In this document: positions 29,594 to 38,028 of the stretch, piece after piece
Layout of the letters: each line of letters begins with the position of its first letter
Position numbering within the stretch: the stretch's first letter is position 1
Assembly (NCBI GenBank): GCA_964385615.1
Contig: CAYLPP010000001.1
Span: 118,687 to 182,686, forward strand
Reading direction: 5' to 3'
DNA from: an uncultured bacterium
GTDB lineage: Bacteria; Omnitrophota; Omnitrophia; Omnitrophales; Aquincolibacteriaceae
DNA: 64,000 nt
Notes under the pieces: generated by a model
The model's database searches: none
Told to the model about the DNA's origin: nothing
The model's input: the letters and a program-made list of their open reading frames with translations, nothing else
Position numbers and translations under genes: made by a program

Positions 29594-30283
29594 GTGGGGC
29601 CTATGAGGACAGCCTTTATCCTGGAAGCCGTTTTACGTCTTATTTACCCGGCCCAATGCGCTTTTTGCCGTTTATCCCTGGAAGTCAACGAACAGCATCT
29701 ATGCCCTTTCTGCCTTGAAAATCTAAGAAAACGCAAAAACGCGGATTTCGAGTGCCGGGACCTCCAGATTTCTTTTATACGCAAAGCCTGGGCACTCTAT
29801 CCCTACGAATCGCCGGTTCGGGAACTGTTAACCGGAATCAAATTCGAGCAAAAAACCTGGCTCGCGGATCTCCTCGACGCCGATTTAAAAACCTTCAGGG
29901 AAAGCGTAAATGAAAATCTCGATGCCGTAGTCCCGGTTCCCCTGGACCGGCTGAAGCGGATTCAAAGAGAGTTCAATCAATCGGAAATCCTGGCCCGAAA
30001 AACAGCCAAGGCACTTGGAATTGAATACCTGCCTGCCCTTCGCAAGAAACACGCGACCGATTCTCAAAACCGGCTCAGCCGGGAGGAACGGGAAATGAAC
30101 CTGAATGGAGTTTTTGAAACCGTCAAGACCCAAAAAGTTTTTAATAAAAACATCCTGCTGGTTGACGATGTACTGACCACTGGCGCGACCGCGCGGGAAG
30201 CGGCGCGCGCGCTTAAAAAGCAGGGCGCTAAAAATGTTTTTCTACTGACCGCCGCGCGAACCGAAATGCGCCAAGGGCTCTAA
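29594..30283 (+). CDS. comFC: ComF family protein (ComFC-type phosphoribosyltransferase with N-terminal double zinc ribbon); likely start ATG 29603
   Basis: CAFCR...CPFC zinc ribbon and a C-terminal PRTase motif ILLVDDVLTTGATAREAARAL. Confidence 0.8.
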   Translation: MGPMRTAFILEAVLRLIYPAQCAFCRLSLEVNEQHLCPFCLENLRKRKNADFECRDLQISFIRKAWALYPYESPVRELLTGIKFEQKTWLADLLDADLKTFRESVNENLDAVVPVPLDRLKRIQREFNQSEILARKTAKALGIEYLPALRKKHATDSQNRLSREEREMNLNGVFETVKTQKVFNKNILLVDDVLTTGATAREAARALKKQGAKNVFLLTAARTEMRQGL

Positions 30284-31383
30284 TGAAAGTTCTCGACCGT
30301 TATCTGACCCGCGAACTGTTTCTTCCGATTCTTTATTGCAGTATGTCGCTGGTCTTCCTGATTCTGATCGCCGACCTTTTCAACAATATCGACGACCTGC
30401 TCAGCAATCACACCCCCGGGCTGGTCATTCTTAAATATTATCTTTGCGTCATGCCTTTTGCTTTTGTTCAGACGATCCACTGGGCCGCGTGGTTCGGAAC
30501 ACTCTTTCTTCTCGTTAACCTCGGCTTCCATAATGAAACGACCGCTATGAAAGCCGCCGGGCTGAAGATCATGACCATCGTCAAGCCGGTCCTTTTCATC
30601 GGTTTTCTGATCGGTATCGGAACTTTCCTGATTGGAGATAAAATCGTTCCGCCCGCCATCAAGAAAGCTCAGGAAGTCAAAGAATCCCATATCAGCAAAA
30701 AAATAAAGAAAGCCAAAGATAAAACAGCTCAAAACGTAACTTATTTTTCGGGCGGAGATCAGCTGTTTTATTTCAGAACTTTTTCCCCTCAAAACTCTGA
30801 AGTGACGGGCGTTATCGCACTCTGGCTGGGAAAGAAAAATCTCGATAAACGGCAGAAAATGGTGGCCCGCCGGGGAGTTTGGGACGAAACGCGGGGCTGG
30901 GAATTCGAAGATGTTACTGAGTATCTGATGGATAACCGCGGAAAAATCCTGGGTGAACCCAGAACCTTTACAAAAAAAGTTTATCCGGATATCATCTTTA
31001 CGCCCGCCGAACTCAATTCAGCTTCGAGTGAAAGTGACTTTCTGAGCTACCGGGAACTCAAGGGCTCGATGCAGAAACTCAAAGACAACGGCGTGAATAT
31101 CAAAACCGAAACGGTGGACCTTCACGCGCGCCTTGCGACCCCCTGGCAAGCTTTAGTCATGATGCTGTTGACCGTTCCTTTTCTGGGGCGCACAGTTAAT
31201 CGGCGCGCCATCGCCTTTCACATCCTGCTTTGTGTCGGAACGATTTTCGCTTATCACCTAACCGGGTCTATCGGACTCGCGCTGGGTAAGGCGGGAAAAG
31301 TTTTTCCCTTTTTAAGCGCTTGGGCTGGAAATATTATTTTCGGTCTGGGGGCTTTCTTCTATCTCGACCACGCCAATTACTAG
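30283..31383 (+). CDS. lptG: LPS export ABC permease, LptF/LptG (YjgP/YjgQ) family
   Basis: 366 aa with six TM helices and a periplasmic beta-jellyroll insert. N-terminal MKVLDRYLTRELFLPILYC is typical of LptF/G. Confidence 0.8.
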   Translation: MKVLDRYLTRELFLPILYCSMSLVFLILIADLFNNIDDLLSNHTPGLVILKYYLCVMPFAFVQTIHWAAWFGTLFLLVNLGFHNETTAMKAAGLKIMTIVKPVLFIGFLIGIGTFLIGDKIVPPAIKKAQEVKESHISKKIKKAKDKTAQNVTYFSGGDQLFYFRTFSPQNSEVTGVIALWLGKKNLDKRQKMVARRGVWDETRGWEFEDVTEYLMDNRGKILGEPRTFTKKVYPDIIFTPAELNSASSESDFLSYRELKGSMQKLKDNGVNIKTETVDLHARLATPWQALVMMLLTVPFLGRTVNRRAIAFHILLCVGTIFAYHLTGSIGLALGKAGKVFPFLSAWAGNIIFGLGAFFYLDHANY

Positions 31384-31401
31384 TCAGGACACGATTTCCT
31401 T

Positions 31402-31514
31402 AATCGTGCCTGACTGTACTTGCGCATCGGCGCAAGTGCTAGCAAAGCGTCTTTCCTGCATCGTGCCTGACTATACTTGCGCATCAGCGCAAGTGCGAGC
31501 AAAGCGTCTTTCCT
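31402..31514. repeat. Two tandem 57-bp units, each containing the 23-nt REP-like palindrome (31417-31439 and 31474-31496), in the convergent lptG/ppi junction
   Basis: Unit 1 aatcgtgcctgactgTACTTGCGCATCgGCGCAAGTGCtagcaaagcgtctttcct and unit 2 gcatcgtgcctgactaTACTTGCGCATCaGCGCAAGTGCgagcaaagcgtctttcct. Preceded by the imperfect inverted repeat tcaggacacgat/atcgtgcctga. Confidence 0.75.
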
Positions 31515-32124
31515 AGTCGAGAACCGTAACCTTCTTCATCGTGACCGGCGTTACCGGCTTATCATTGGCATCACGCGCGGAATTAGCAATCTTGTGCACC
31601 ACTTCAATCCCGCTGGTCACTTTTCCAAAAATAGAATGCTTTCCGTCCAGCCAGGGCGTAGGAGCTTCCGTAATGAAAAACTGACTTCCGTTGGTGTTCG
31701 GCCCGGCATTGGCCATCGAAAAAATTCCCGCGTCATTGTGATTCAAGCCCGGAACAAATTCATCGGCAAAAGTGTAGCCCGGTCCTCCCCGGCCCGTGCC
31801 GGTCGGATCGCCCGTCTGAATCATGAATCCAGGAATAACCCGGTGAAAAATCAGGCCGTCATAAAAACCGGTTTTGGCCAATTTTACAAAATTTTCGACG
31901 GTTTTAGGCGCCTTGTCGGCATAAAGTTCCGCTTCAATATCTCCCTTGCTGGTTTCAATACGAATATTCACGATCCCTTCCTTCTTGATTGACGGGGTGC
32001 CTTGCTGAACAGCCGCCGCCGGCAAAGCCTGTGCGGCCGCCGCGGCTTCAGGCGCCGGGGTTTTGGCCGCGTTGGATGCACAGCCGGTTAAAAATAAAAA
32101 CGAAAGCAAAAGTATTCTGTTCAT
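31513..32124 (-). CDS. ppiB: Cyclophilin-type peptidyl-prolyl cis-trans isomerase, lipoprotein
   Basis: Lipobox LFLTGC, then cyclophilin motifs ([42 protein letters not shown]). Confidence 0.9.
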   Translation of the reverse strand: MNRILLLSFLFLTGCASNAAKTPAPEAAAAAQALPAAAVQQGTPSIKKEGIVNIRIETSKGDIEAELYADKAPKTVENFVKLAKTGFYDGLIFHRVIPGFMIQTGDPTGTGRGGPGYTFADEFVPGLNHNDAGIFSMANAGPNTNGSQFFITEAPTPWLDGKHSIFGKVTSGIEVVHKIANSARDANDKPVTPVTMKKVTVLD

Positions 32125-32405
32125 CTTTTATCTCCTTCTTGCGTATGTGAAAGGTTTCCGGCCGACCCCGGGAGACCGATATGACCGTCCATCCGGGGAG
32201 GCAGTGATAAAGTTCCCGAAAGTTTAGGCGGTGTGGACATTTTACCAAGGCTTCCCGAAAGAGAAGCAAACCGTTCTTCAAGCATGGCTAGAGCCTCTGA
32301 GCTCTGGCCCGAAACAAAAACTTCCTCTTTCTCAGCCCTCGCGGGAAATGCACTGAGAATCATAAGAACCGCCAGAAATACCGCGGATTTAAATCTGAAC
32401 GCCAT
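32121..32405 (-). CDS. Hypothetical small secreted protein
   Basis: Signal peptide [24 protein letters not shown]. No other features. Confidence 0.35.
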   Translation of the reverse strand: MAFRFKSAVFLAVLMILSAFPARAEKEEVFVSGQSSEALAMLEERFASLSGSLGKMSTPPKLSGTLSLPPRMDGHIGLPGSAGNLSHTQEGDKR

Positions 32406-33657
32406 CGGGAATATAAACATTTTTAGGAATAATCACAATACCGTCACGGATATAAAAATTTTCGCCGTCCTTTTCCTGAATTTTTCCAGGGTTGAGAATG
32501 GTTACATTATTACCGATCCGGACATTTTTATCCAGAATGCAATTTTCAATCCGGCAGTTTTTCCCGATACCCAGTAACGGCGTCTTGGATTTTTCCACTT
32601 CATAGAAGTCATTACCCATCACCACACTGGCCTTGATCACCGTTCCCTTCCGGATCACCGACCGCAAACCGATAATCGAATCCTGCACGTCGGCTTCTTC
32701 CAAAAGACAGCCGTCGGCAACCAAAGTGTTTTTCATCTGAGCGCTTAAAATCTGAGTCGGAGGTAAAAATCTCGCGCGGGTAAAAATCACACCCTTGGGA
32801 TCGGCGAAATGAAACTCCGGTGAAGGGCAAGTCAGATCGATACTGGCTTCATAAAATCCTTCAATCGTTCCGATATCCCGCCAGTAGCCGTTAAAAACGT
32901 AACCAAAAGCATTATATTTCTCGAGTGCCTTTGGAATAATCTCTTTACCAAAATCCGCTTCACGGCCGGCGAGAAGTTCCTGCAAAACTTTGGCTTTGAA
33001 GACATAAATCCCCATGGAAGCCAGGTACAGCTCCTGCTGTTTGGACTTCACTTCAAAATGATTGCGAATAGCGTCAGGCATGACGAAAGACTGGATATTT
33101 TCTTCCGGCGACGGTTTTTCGCGGAACGCGGTTACATGACCGTTGGCCCGGATCTGCATGATCCCGAAATGTTTCACTTGCTTCTTGGGAACCGGAACGG
33201 TCGAAATCGTGACATCCGCGTTGCTCTCTTCGTGGAATTTCAGAATTTCCCGGTAATCCATCCGGTAAAGGTGATCTCCGGAAAGAATCAGCACCGTGTC
33301 ATTTTCACGAAGGTGATAATGAGGAAGATGTTTACGCACCGCGTCCGCCGTGCCCTGAAACCAGTCATTATTGGCCAGAGTCTGCTCTGCGGCCAAAAGC
33401 TCCACGCTAGTCTGATGGAAATACTCATAAGGGTAGGTGCGATGAATGTGCCGGTGAAGTGAAGTCGAATTGAACTGCGTCAGCACAAAAATCTTCCGGA
33501 GCCCGGAATTAATCGCGTTTGAGATGGGAATATCAACGAGCCGGTATTTCCCGCCGATCGGAACCGCGGGTTTGGAGCGGTAGCTGGTTAAAGGGAAAAG
33601 CCGTTTACCCGCGCCGCCCCCCAGAATCAAAACCGTAACATCGCCCCGCATTTTCAT
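32389..33657 (-). CDS. glgC: Glucose-1-phosphate adenylyltransferase
   Basis: VLILGGGAGKRLFPLTSYRSKPAVPIGGKYRLVDIPISNAINSGLRKIFVLTQFNSTSLHRHI is the GlgC signature, with a C-terminal left-handed beta-helix. The ATG at 33657 overlaps the upstream stop (ATGA). Confidence 0.85.
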   Translation of the reverse strand: MKMRGDVTVLILGGGAGKRLFPLTSYRSKPAVPIGGKYRLVDIPISNAINSGLRKIFVLTQFNSTSLHRHIHRTYPYEYFHQTSVELLAAEQTLANNDWFQGTADAVRKHLPHYHLRENDTVLILSGDHLYRMDYREILKFHEESNADVTISTVPVPKKQVKHFGIMQIRANGHVTAFREKPSPEENIQSFVMPDAIRNHFEVKSKQQELYLASMGIYVFKAKVLQELLAGREADFGKEIIPKALEKYNAFGYVFNGYWRDIGTIEGFYEASIDLTCPSPEFHFADPKGVIFTRARFLPPTQILSAQMKNTLVADGCLLEEADVQDSIIGLRSVIRKGTVIKASVVMGNDFYEVEKSKTPLLGIGKNCRIENCILDKNVRIGNNVTILNPGKIQEKDGENFYIRDGIVIIPKNVYIPDGVQI

Positions 33658-33959
33658 AGGATCCCCTTCCCAAGATTTTCCTTTTGCATGTGCTTCCATA
33701 AAACACCCCGGAATGTATCGTTTTCTTCCATGAGAAGCTCGAGACGGCGGCGGATTTTTTCTATAAAAACAGCGCGGTGCGGATACCGCTCCTTATTGAC
33801 TAAAAGCTCAAGCCTGTCTACGAATTGATCTATTAAAACAGTGTTGGCCCGGATCTGCTTCTTTAAAATCCGGACTTCTTCGCCGGTCAGAGACTGCGAG
33901 TCGGCATCCATTTCCCTGGAAACCGGCTGCGGCAATTCAAACCCCAGATGAAAAATCAT
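33654..33959 (-). CDS. Hypothetical protein, 101 aa
   Basis: Last gene of the zinc-ribbon/REC-like operon, translationally coupled to glgC. Confidence 0.45.
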   Translation of the reverse strand: MIFHLGFELPQPVSREMDADSQSLTGEEVRILKKQIRANTVLIDQFVDRLELLVNKERYPHRAVFIEKIRRRLELLMEENDTFRGVLWKHMQKENLGKGIL

Positions 33960-34327
33960 AGTTTCATGTACCTCGCTAAAATCAGGTCCAGCTCGCGCAA
34001 GAACTCGGTCTTAGTGTAAACCCGGTGGCATCCAGCCCTCTGAGCTTCTTCCTTTACCGGGTTATTTGAACCCGCTGAAACAAAACCGATGACGGCGACA
34101 CTTTTAAGTTCGGCATTTGTACGCAATTCTTTGAGCGTTTTAAACGATTCCGCTTCACAGGAGTCCAAATCCATCACCACAAGGCCGGGTTTTTCCTTTG
34201 AAGCCGCCGTGATTAAGCCTTCAGCACGGTCAAAATTATGAACTGAGGCCCCGCAAACTCTGGCAGACTGGGCAATCCTCGCCGCCATCGTCAGATTTCC
34301 GGACAAACCGAAAACCAGACGGCTCAC
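33956..34327 (-). CDS. Receiver-like (CheY-fold) protein that lacks the N-terminal acidic pair (pseudo-receiver?)
   Basis: PGLVVMDLD, VAVIGFVSAG and VYTKTEFL match the REC D/T/K positions, but the DD pocket is replaced by GLSGN. Confidence 0.55.
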   Translation of the reverse strand: MSRLVFGLSGNLTMAARIAQSARVCGASVHNFDRAEGLITAASKEKPGLVVMDLDSCEAESFKTLKELRTNAELKSVAVIGFVSAGSNNPVKEEAQRAGCHRVYTKTEFLRELDLILARYMKL

Positions 34328-35622
34328 TCAGTCTGCCCCTGCAATTTGCGCAAAACACGGATTTTTTCGCGGGCATCCTCATAAAGTGCAACCGGAAACG
34401 AAATCTCTTTTAACTTTGCTTCCGCCCCCGCCCACTGCTCCTGGGTAATCAGGTCGAGCGCTTCCTGATAACGGAGCGTAACCGGCTCCAGGTTTTCCGG
34501 AATCAGACTTTCAATCACTTTTCTTTTCAGAACAAGATCGCGTTCAATCGGTTCCAGATCAGCGACCGAAGCCGGCTGAACATTCAAAACATCAAACAGC
34601 CCGTTGCGGATGCCTTCGTCAATTAAATTCAAAGCGGCTTCCGGATAAGGTTTTACGGAATTGCGCCGGGGATCGTCACTGCCCAAAGCCTGAATCTTGG
34701 GCTGAAGCTCAGAAATAATCCCGTAAGCATCTTTCCATGACTTTGCCTCAACCGTCTTCAGCAATTTGAGGTATTGCCCGGTAACATCCGCTTCCCGCTC
34801 CCTCACCTGAGCTTCAGACAGCGCAGAATTAATCGCTCCTACTTTAGAAAGCGTATCATTAATGAAACCGCGGAGCATGGTCAGCACCACACCCCGGTGT
34901 TTCTGAACATTGTTTCCGTAAACAGGAAACGCCAGTGATTCGACCCAAAGGTCCCGCGCTTCAAGCAATTGACCATTCTTAAAAGCTTCTGCGGCAGGCG
35001 TGTATTTTTCCTTAAAAAGATTCGTCAGCTTTTTCTTATAACTTCCGGGCAGTGTGACTTTATAAAATTTCTGCTGGGCTTCAATCATCTTTTCGTAATC
35101 GTCAAGCGTCCACGCCTGCGAAGGCAACTTTTCGACAATTCCGGAAGTGAAAGGCGCCTGGTTCTTCAGAATCTTCTCTTCTTCCGCGCTCAGGGGCCTT
35201 TCAGCGCGGATATCAAGCCGGCGGGCCAGAATGTTTTTCTCTTCGGAACTAAGCGCGGAAGGCGCGGGGGCGGGCGCCGCAGGCACGGTCCCCTTATCAG
35301 GAGCAGGTATTTCAGAAACTTTTTCAATCTTCATGGTTCGTGAAGGAAAGAGTTTCTTAAAAAAAGGCAGGGTTAGAAAAACAAAAATTATGCCAATGAC
35401 AAAAATCCCGGCAAGCCGTAAGGCCGGAGAAATGGAGATAGGTCTGAATGTCTTCGCTGATTTCTTTTTAGGGGAATCTTGAGAGGCAGAAACACCTGCA
35501 GGAAGCTCTTCCTCTTTTTTAACGGAAGTGCTCCAGAAACAGCCGGGGCATTCCAGAAGCTCTTTCTCTTCAGCTTCAAATCTTTTTCCGCAATGCGTGC
35601 AGGCGTAACGGACTGTTTTCAC
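34324..35622 (-). CDS. Zinc-ribbon membrane protein (N-terminal CxxC...CxxC, one TM, ~330-aa C-terminal domain of unknown function); GTG start
   Basis: VKTVRYACTHCGKRFEAEEKELLECPGCFW, TM ALRLAGIFVIGIIFVFLTLPFF and a Pro/Ala-rich linker. AAGAGGT Shine-Dalgarno. Confidence 0.6.
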   Translation of the reverse strand: MKTVRYACTHCGKRFEAEEKELLECPGCFWSTSVKKEEELPAGVSASQDSPKKKSAKTFRPISISPALRLAGIFVIGIIFVFLTLPFFKKLFPSRTMKIEKVSEIPAPDKGTVPAAPAPAPSALSSEEKNILARRLDIRAERPLSAEEEKILKNQAPFTSGIVEKLPSQAWTLDDYEKMIEAQQKFYKVTLPGSYKKKLTNLFKEKYTPAAEAFKNGQLLEARDLWVESLAFPVYGNNVQKHRGVVLTMLRGFINDTLSKVGAINSALSEAQVREREADVTGQYLKLLKTVEAKSWKDAYGIISELQPKIQALGSDDPRRNSVKPYPEAALNLIDEGIRNGLFDVLNVQPASVADLEPIERDLVLKRKVIESLIPENLEPVTLRYQEALDLITQEQWAGAEAKLKEISFPVALYEDAREKIRVLRKLQGQTE

Positions 35623-35713
35623 CGTTCAGCAGTACCTCTTTCTTTACAGGATGCATAGGTTGGCATGAGCCCTATTATGGGCTTTCCAAATCTAAATTTC
35701 TAGTGCCGTCTGA

Positions 35714-35766
35714 CATTTAATTTTATGGGTAGCCGGTGCAGTAGTGCGGTCCTATAAAATTAAATG
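35714..35766. repeat. 13-bp perfect AT-rich inverted repeat CATTTAATTTTAT/ATAAAATTAAATG (extends to 16 bp with one G-U pair) separated by 27 nt, in the 294-nt divergent intergenic region
   Basis: Arms at 35714-35726 and 35754-35766. GC-rich spacer gggtagccggtgcagtagtgcggtcct. Confidence 0.6.
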
Positions 35767-35916
35767 AACCCCATCGCCAGGAAAAAACCAGGCTTTTTCA
35801 GCCGTTTTAAGAAGTATCTTTTTAAAACCATTTTCACAGAGGGCTTATTTGAACTTTCCTCTTAGGCGTGTCAGAATTGTTACCAGGAAAAACAACTTCA
35901 ACCACAGGGTTCTAAA

Positions 35917-37359
35917 TTGAACTACCTGAACATTTTCATTTTCCTGGCCATTATTCTGGTTCCATGCGTCATCGTTCTCGACCTCTTCATCCGTTCCAGC
36001 TTCCATTTCGGGAAAAAAGATACCCTTACCCCCGCCGGAGGAAATCCTCTTCAGCTTTCACAGGAGCTTGAACACCTTCATCTTCCTCCTGAAAAAGCGG
36101 AAGAAACCGCGCGCGCTGTAACACAGATCGTGAACCGGGAAGTCGAAAACCGAGTCGAAAAAATCAAAACCGAAGTAAAGCATACCTACCAAAAAGTCAT
36201 TGAAACTTATGATAAGAAAATCGAAGCCAAGGACCGGATCATTCAGGAGGTTCAGAAAAGCTACGAAGCCGTCCAGCAAAACTACAAAGTCTTGGGTAAG
36301 GAAAAAAAGCAAACTGAATCCGTCGTCAAATCTATCGCCAAGGGCATGATCGTTATCAATGACAACGGAGAAGTCGTATTTGTTAACCCTATCGCTGAAA
36401 AAATCCTGGGCATCCGGGCTGAAAACCTGATCGGAAAATCCATCAATAACACCGAAGGCGAGCACGTGATTTCGCTGGTCAACGAAGAGGGTAATGACGA
36501 GGGTTCCAAAAACCACGAAGCGAAGGAAATGTTAAAGGAAAGCACCGCCATCATCCAGGGAGAATCAGGTCAAACGCGAGGCGTGGTTTCTATTTTAGCC
36601 GGCACCATGCAGAAGAAGAAAATCGACGATTACAAAACCGAATTCCTGGCCAATATTACTCACGAGCTCCGCTCCCCATTGGTTTGCATTCAGAAATCGA
36701 TCAGCATTATCAATGAAGAACTCAAGAATGCTTCCGCGGAGCACAAAAACTATTTGAATATCGCCTTACGCAACGCGGAACGGCTTGAAAACCTGGTCAA
36801 TGACATTTTGGATATCTCAAAAATGGAAGCCGGGAAAATGGCGCTGCGCTACGAATTCATTCCCGCTAAAGCTTTCGTTGAAGATATCCGGAGCATGCTG
36901 GGTGTTTGGGCCAAAGACAAAAACATTCAAATCGTGGAAAAAGTTGAAGACGGTCTGATCTTTGAAGCCGATCCTGAAAGGCTCCGCCAGGTTGTAGTCA
37001 ACCTGGGCGCGAATGCCTTAAAATTCACTCCTCGGGGCGGAAAAATCACTTTTGAAGTTAAACAAACTGAGGAAGGCGGTCAACAGCGGATTCAATTCGG
37101 CATTCAGGATTCGGGCCCAGGGCTTTCAGAGGACGATATTAAAAATCTCTTTCAGAAATTCAACAGCAGTCTCAACGCGTCTGAAGGCGAGCGCGGTACC
37201 GGACTGGGGCTAACCATCGCCAAAGAAATCGTGGAACTTCACAAAGGAAAAATCTGGGCCCAAAATGGCGAGGCCCGGGGCGCGTATTTCGGTTTCTGGG
37301 TTCCCAAGGATAAGGCAAAATCGGAGCAGCCCGCTCCCCCGCAGATTAAAGCCGCGTAA
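35917..37359 (+). CDS. Sensor histidine kinase (one TM, coiled coil, PAS, HisKA, HATPase); TTG start
   Basis: PAS block IAKGMIVINDNGEVVFVNPIAEKILG, H-box ITHELRSPL, and G-boxes GTGLGLTIAKEIVELHKG. Confidence 0.85.
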   Translation: MNYLNIFIFLAIILVPCVIVLDLFIRSSFHFGKKDTLTPAGGNPLQLSQELEHLHLPPEKAEETARAVTQIVNREVENRVEKIKTEVKHTYQKVIETYDKKIEAKDRIIQEVQKSYEAVQQNYKVLGKEKKQTESVVKSIAKGMIVINDNGEVVFVNPIAEKILGIRAENLIGKSINNTEGEHVISLVNEEGNDEGSKNHEAKEMLKESTAIIQGESGQTRGVVSILAGTMQKKKIDDYKTEFLANITHELRSPLVCIQKSISIINEELKNASAEHKNYLNIALRNAERLENLVNDILDISKMEAGKMALRYEFIPAKAFVEDIRSMLGVWAKDKNIQIVEKVEDGLIFEADPERLRQVVVNLGANALKFTPRGGKITFEVKQTEEGGQQRIQFGIQDSGPGLSEDDIKNLFQKFNSSLNASEGERGTGLGLTIAKEIVELHKGKIWAQNGEARGAYFGFWVPKDKAKSEQPAPPQIKAA

Positions 37360-37879
37360 CTTCCGAATATTCTTCCAGCACCAACGGCTGAATAAACCCT
37401 TCATACCCCGCTCTTGAAGGATGCTTCTTGGTACGAAAAAGTTTTTTCCCGCGCGTTTTTCTGAGCAGATCCATCACAAACGATTTTCTTTCTTCAAAAG
37501 GGTTCGCGCAGCCCCAGCCGACGATAATAATCTCCGACTCCTGGAAGGCTTTTTTAATCGCGGAATCGTTAAGAGGGCCGATTTCATGCGGAAGACCGTT
37601 GAACTGATGGGTTTGGATGTAAGCGAATTGATTCACGACAATCAGCCGGCGCACACCTTTGAACTCAGGAAGACCCCGCTGAAGCACGACCCTTTCCATG
37701 AACTGAACCGAACGGTCCGCGATTTCTTCGTTCGCATAGCTGGGGTTCATCATGATAACGCAGGCGGTTTTTCCATTAGCTGCCGCGTCTTTCAAATCAA
37801 TCACAAGGCGATAGCGGTATTTGCGGCAGTCTGAAAAAACCGCTTTGACCCGGGTCCCTTCAATATGTCTATAAACCAT
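37346..37879 (-). CDS. DUF1643-like protein
   Basis: CRKYRYRLVIDL...CVIMMNPSYANE resembles the recalled DUF1643 signature (YRY.L.R.W ... MLNPS.AD). Its 3' end overlaps the kinase gene's 3' end by 14 nt. Confidence 0.5.
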   Translation of the reverse strand: MVYRHIEGTRVKAVFSDCRKYRYRLVIDLKDAAANGKTACVIMMNPSYANEEIADRSVQFMERVVLQRGLPEFKGVRRLIVVNQFAYIQTHQFNGLPHEIGPLNDSAIKKAFQESEIIIVGWGCANPFEERKSFVMDLLRKTRGKKLFRTKKHPSRAGYEGFIQPLVLEEYSEVTRL

Positions 37880-38028
37880 GCCCTATAGTAACTTAAGGCA
37901 TTTGCTTTAGCTAGCATTGGATATCAAGAATGCGATATTACACTTATTCATAAACTACCACTTGTAGATAGCGTTTTCGAAAGGTACCTTTTTTCTATTA
38001 CCATCTGGAACGTCCGGAGGCTAAAAAA

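Noticed and set aside
31402-31514. Mini CRISPR array
   Set aside because: There are only two 57-bp units. The repeated core is itself a perfect palindrome that also occurs singly at 28693, and there are no unique spacers and no cas genes, so a REP-like element is the better call.
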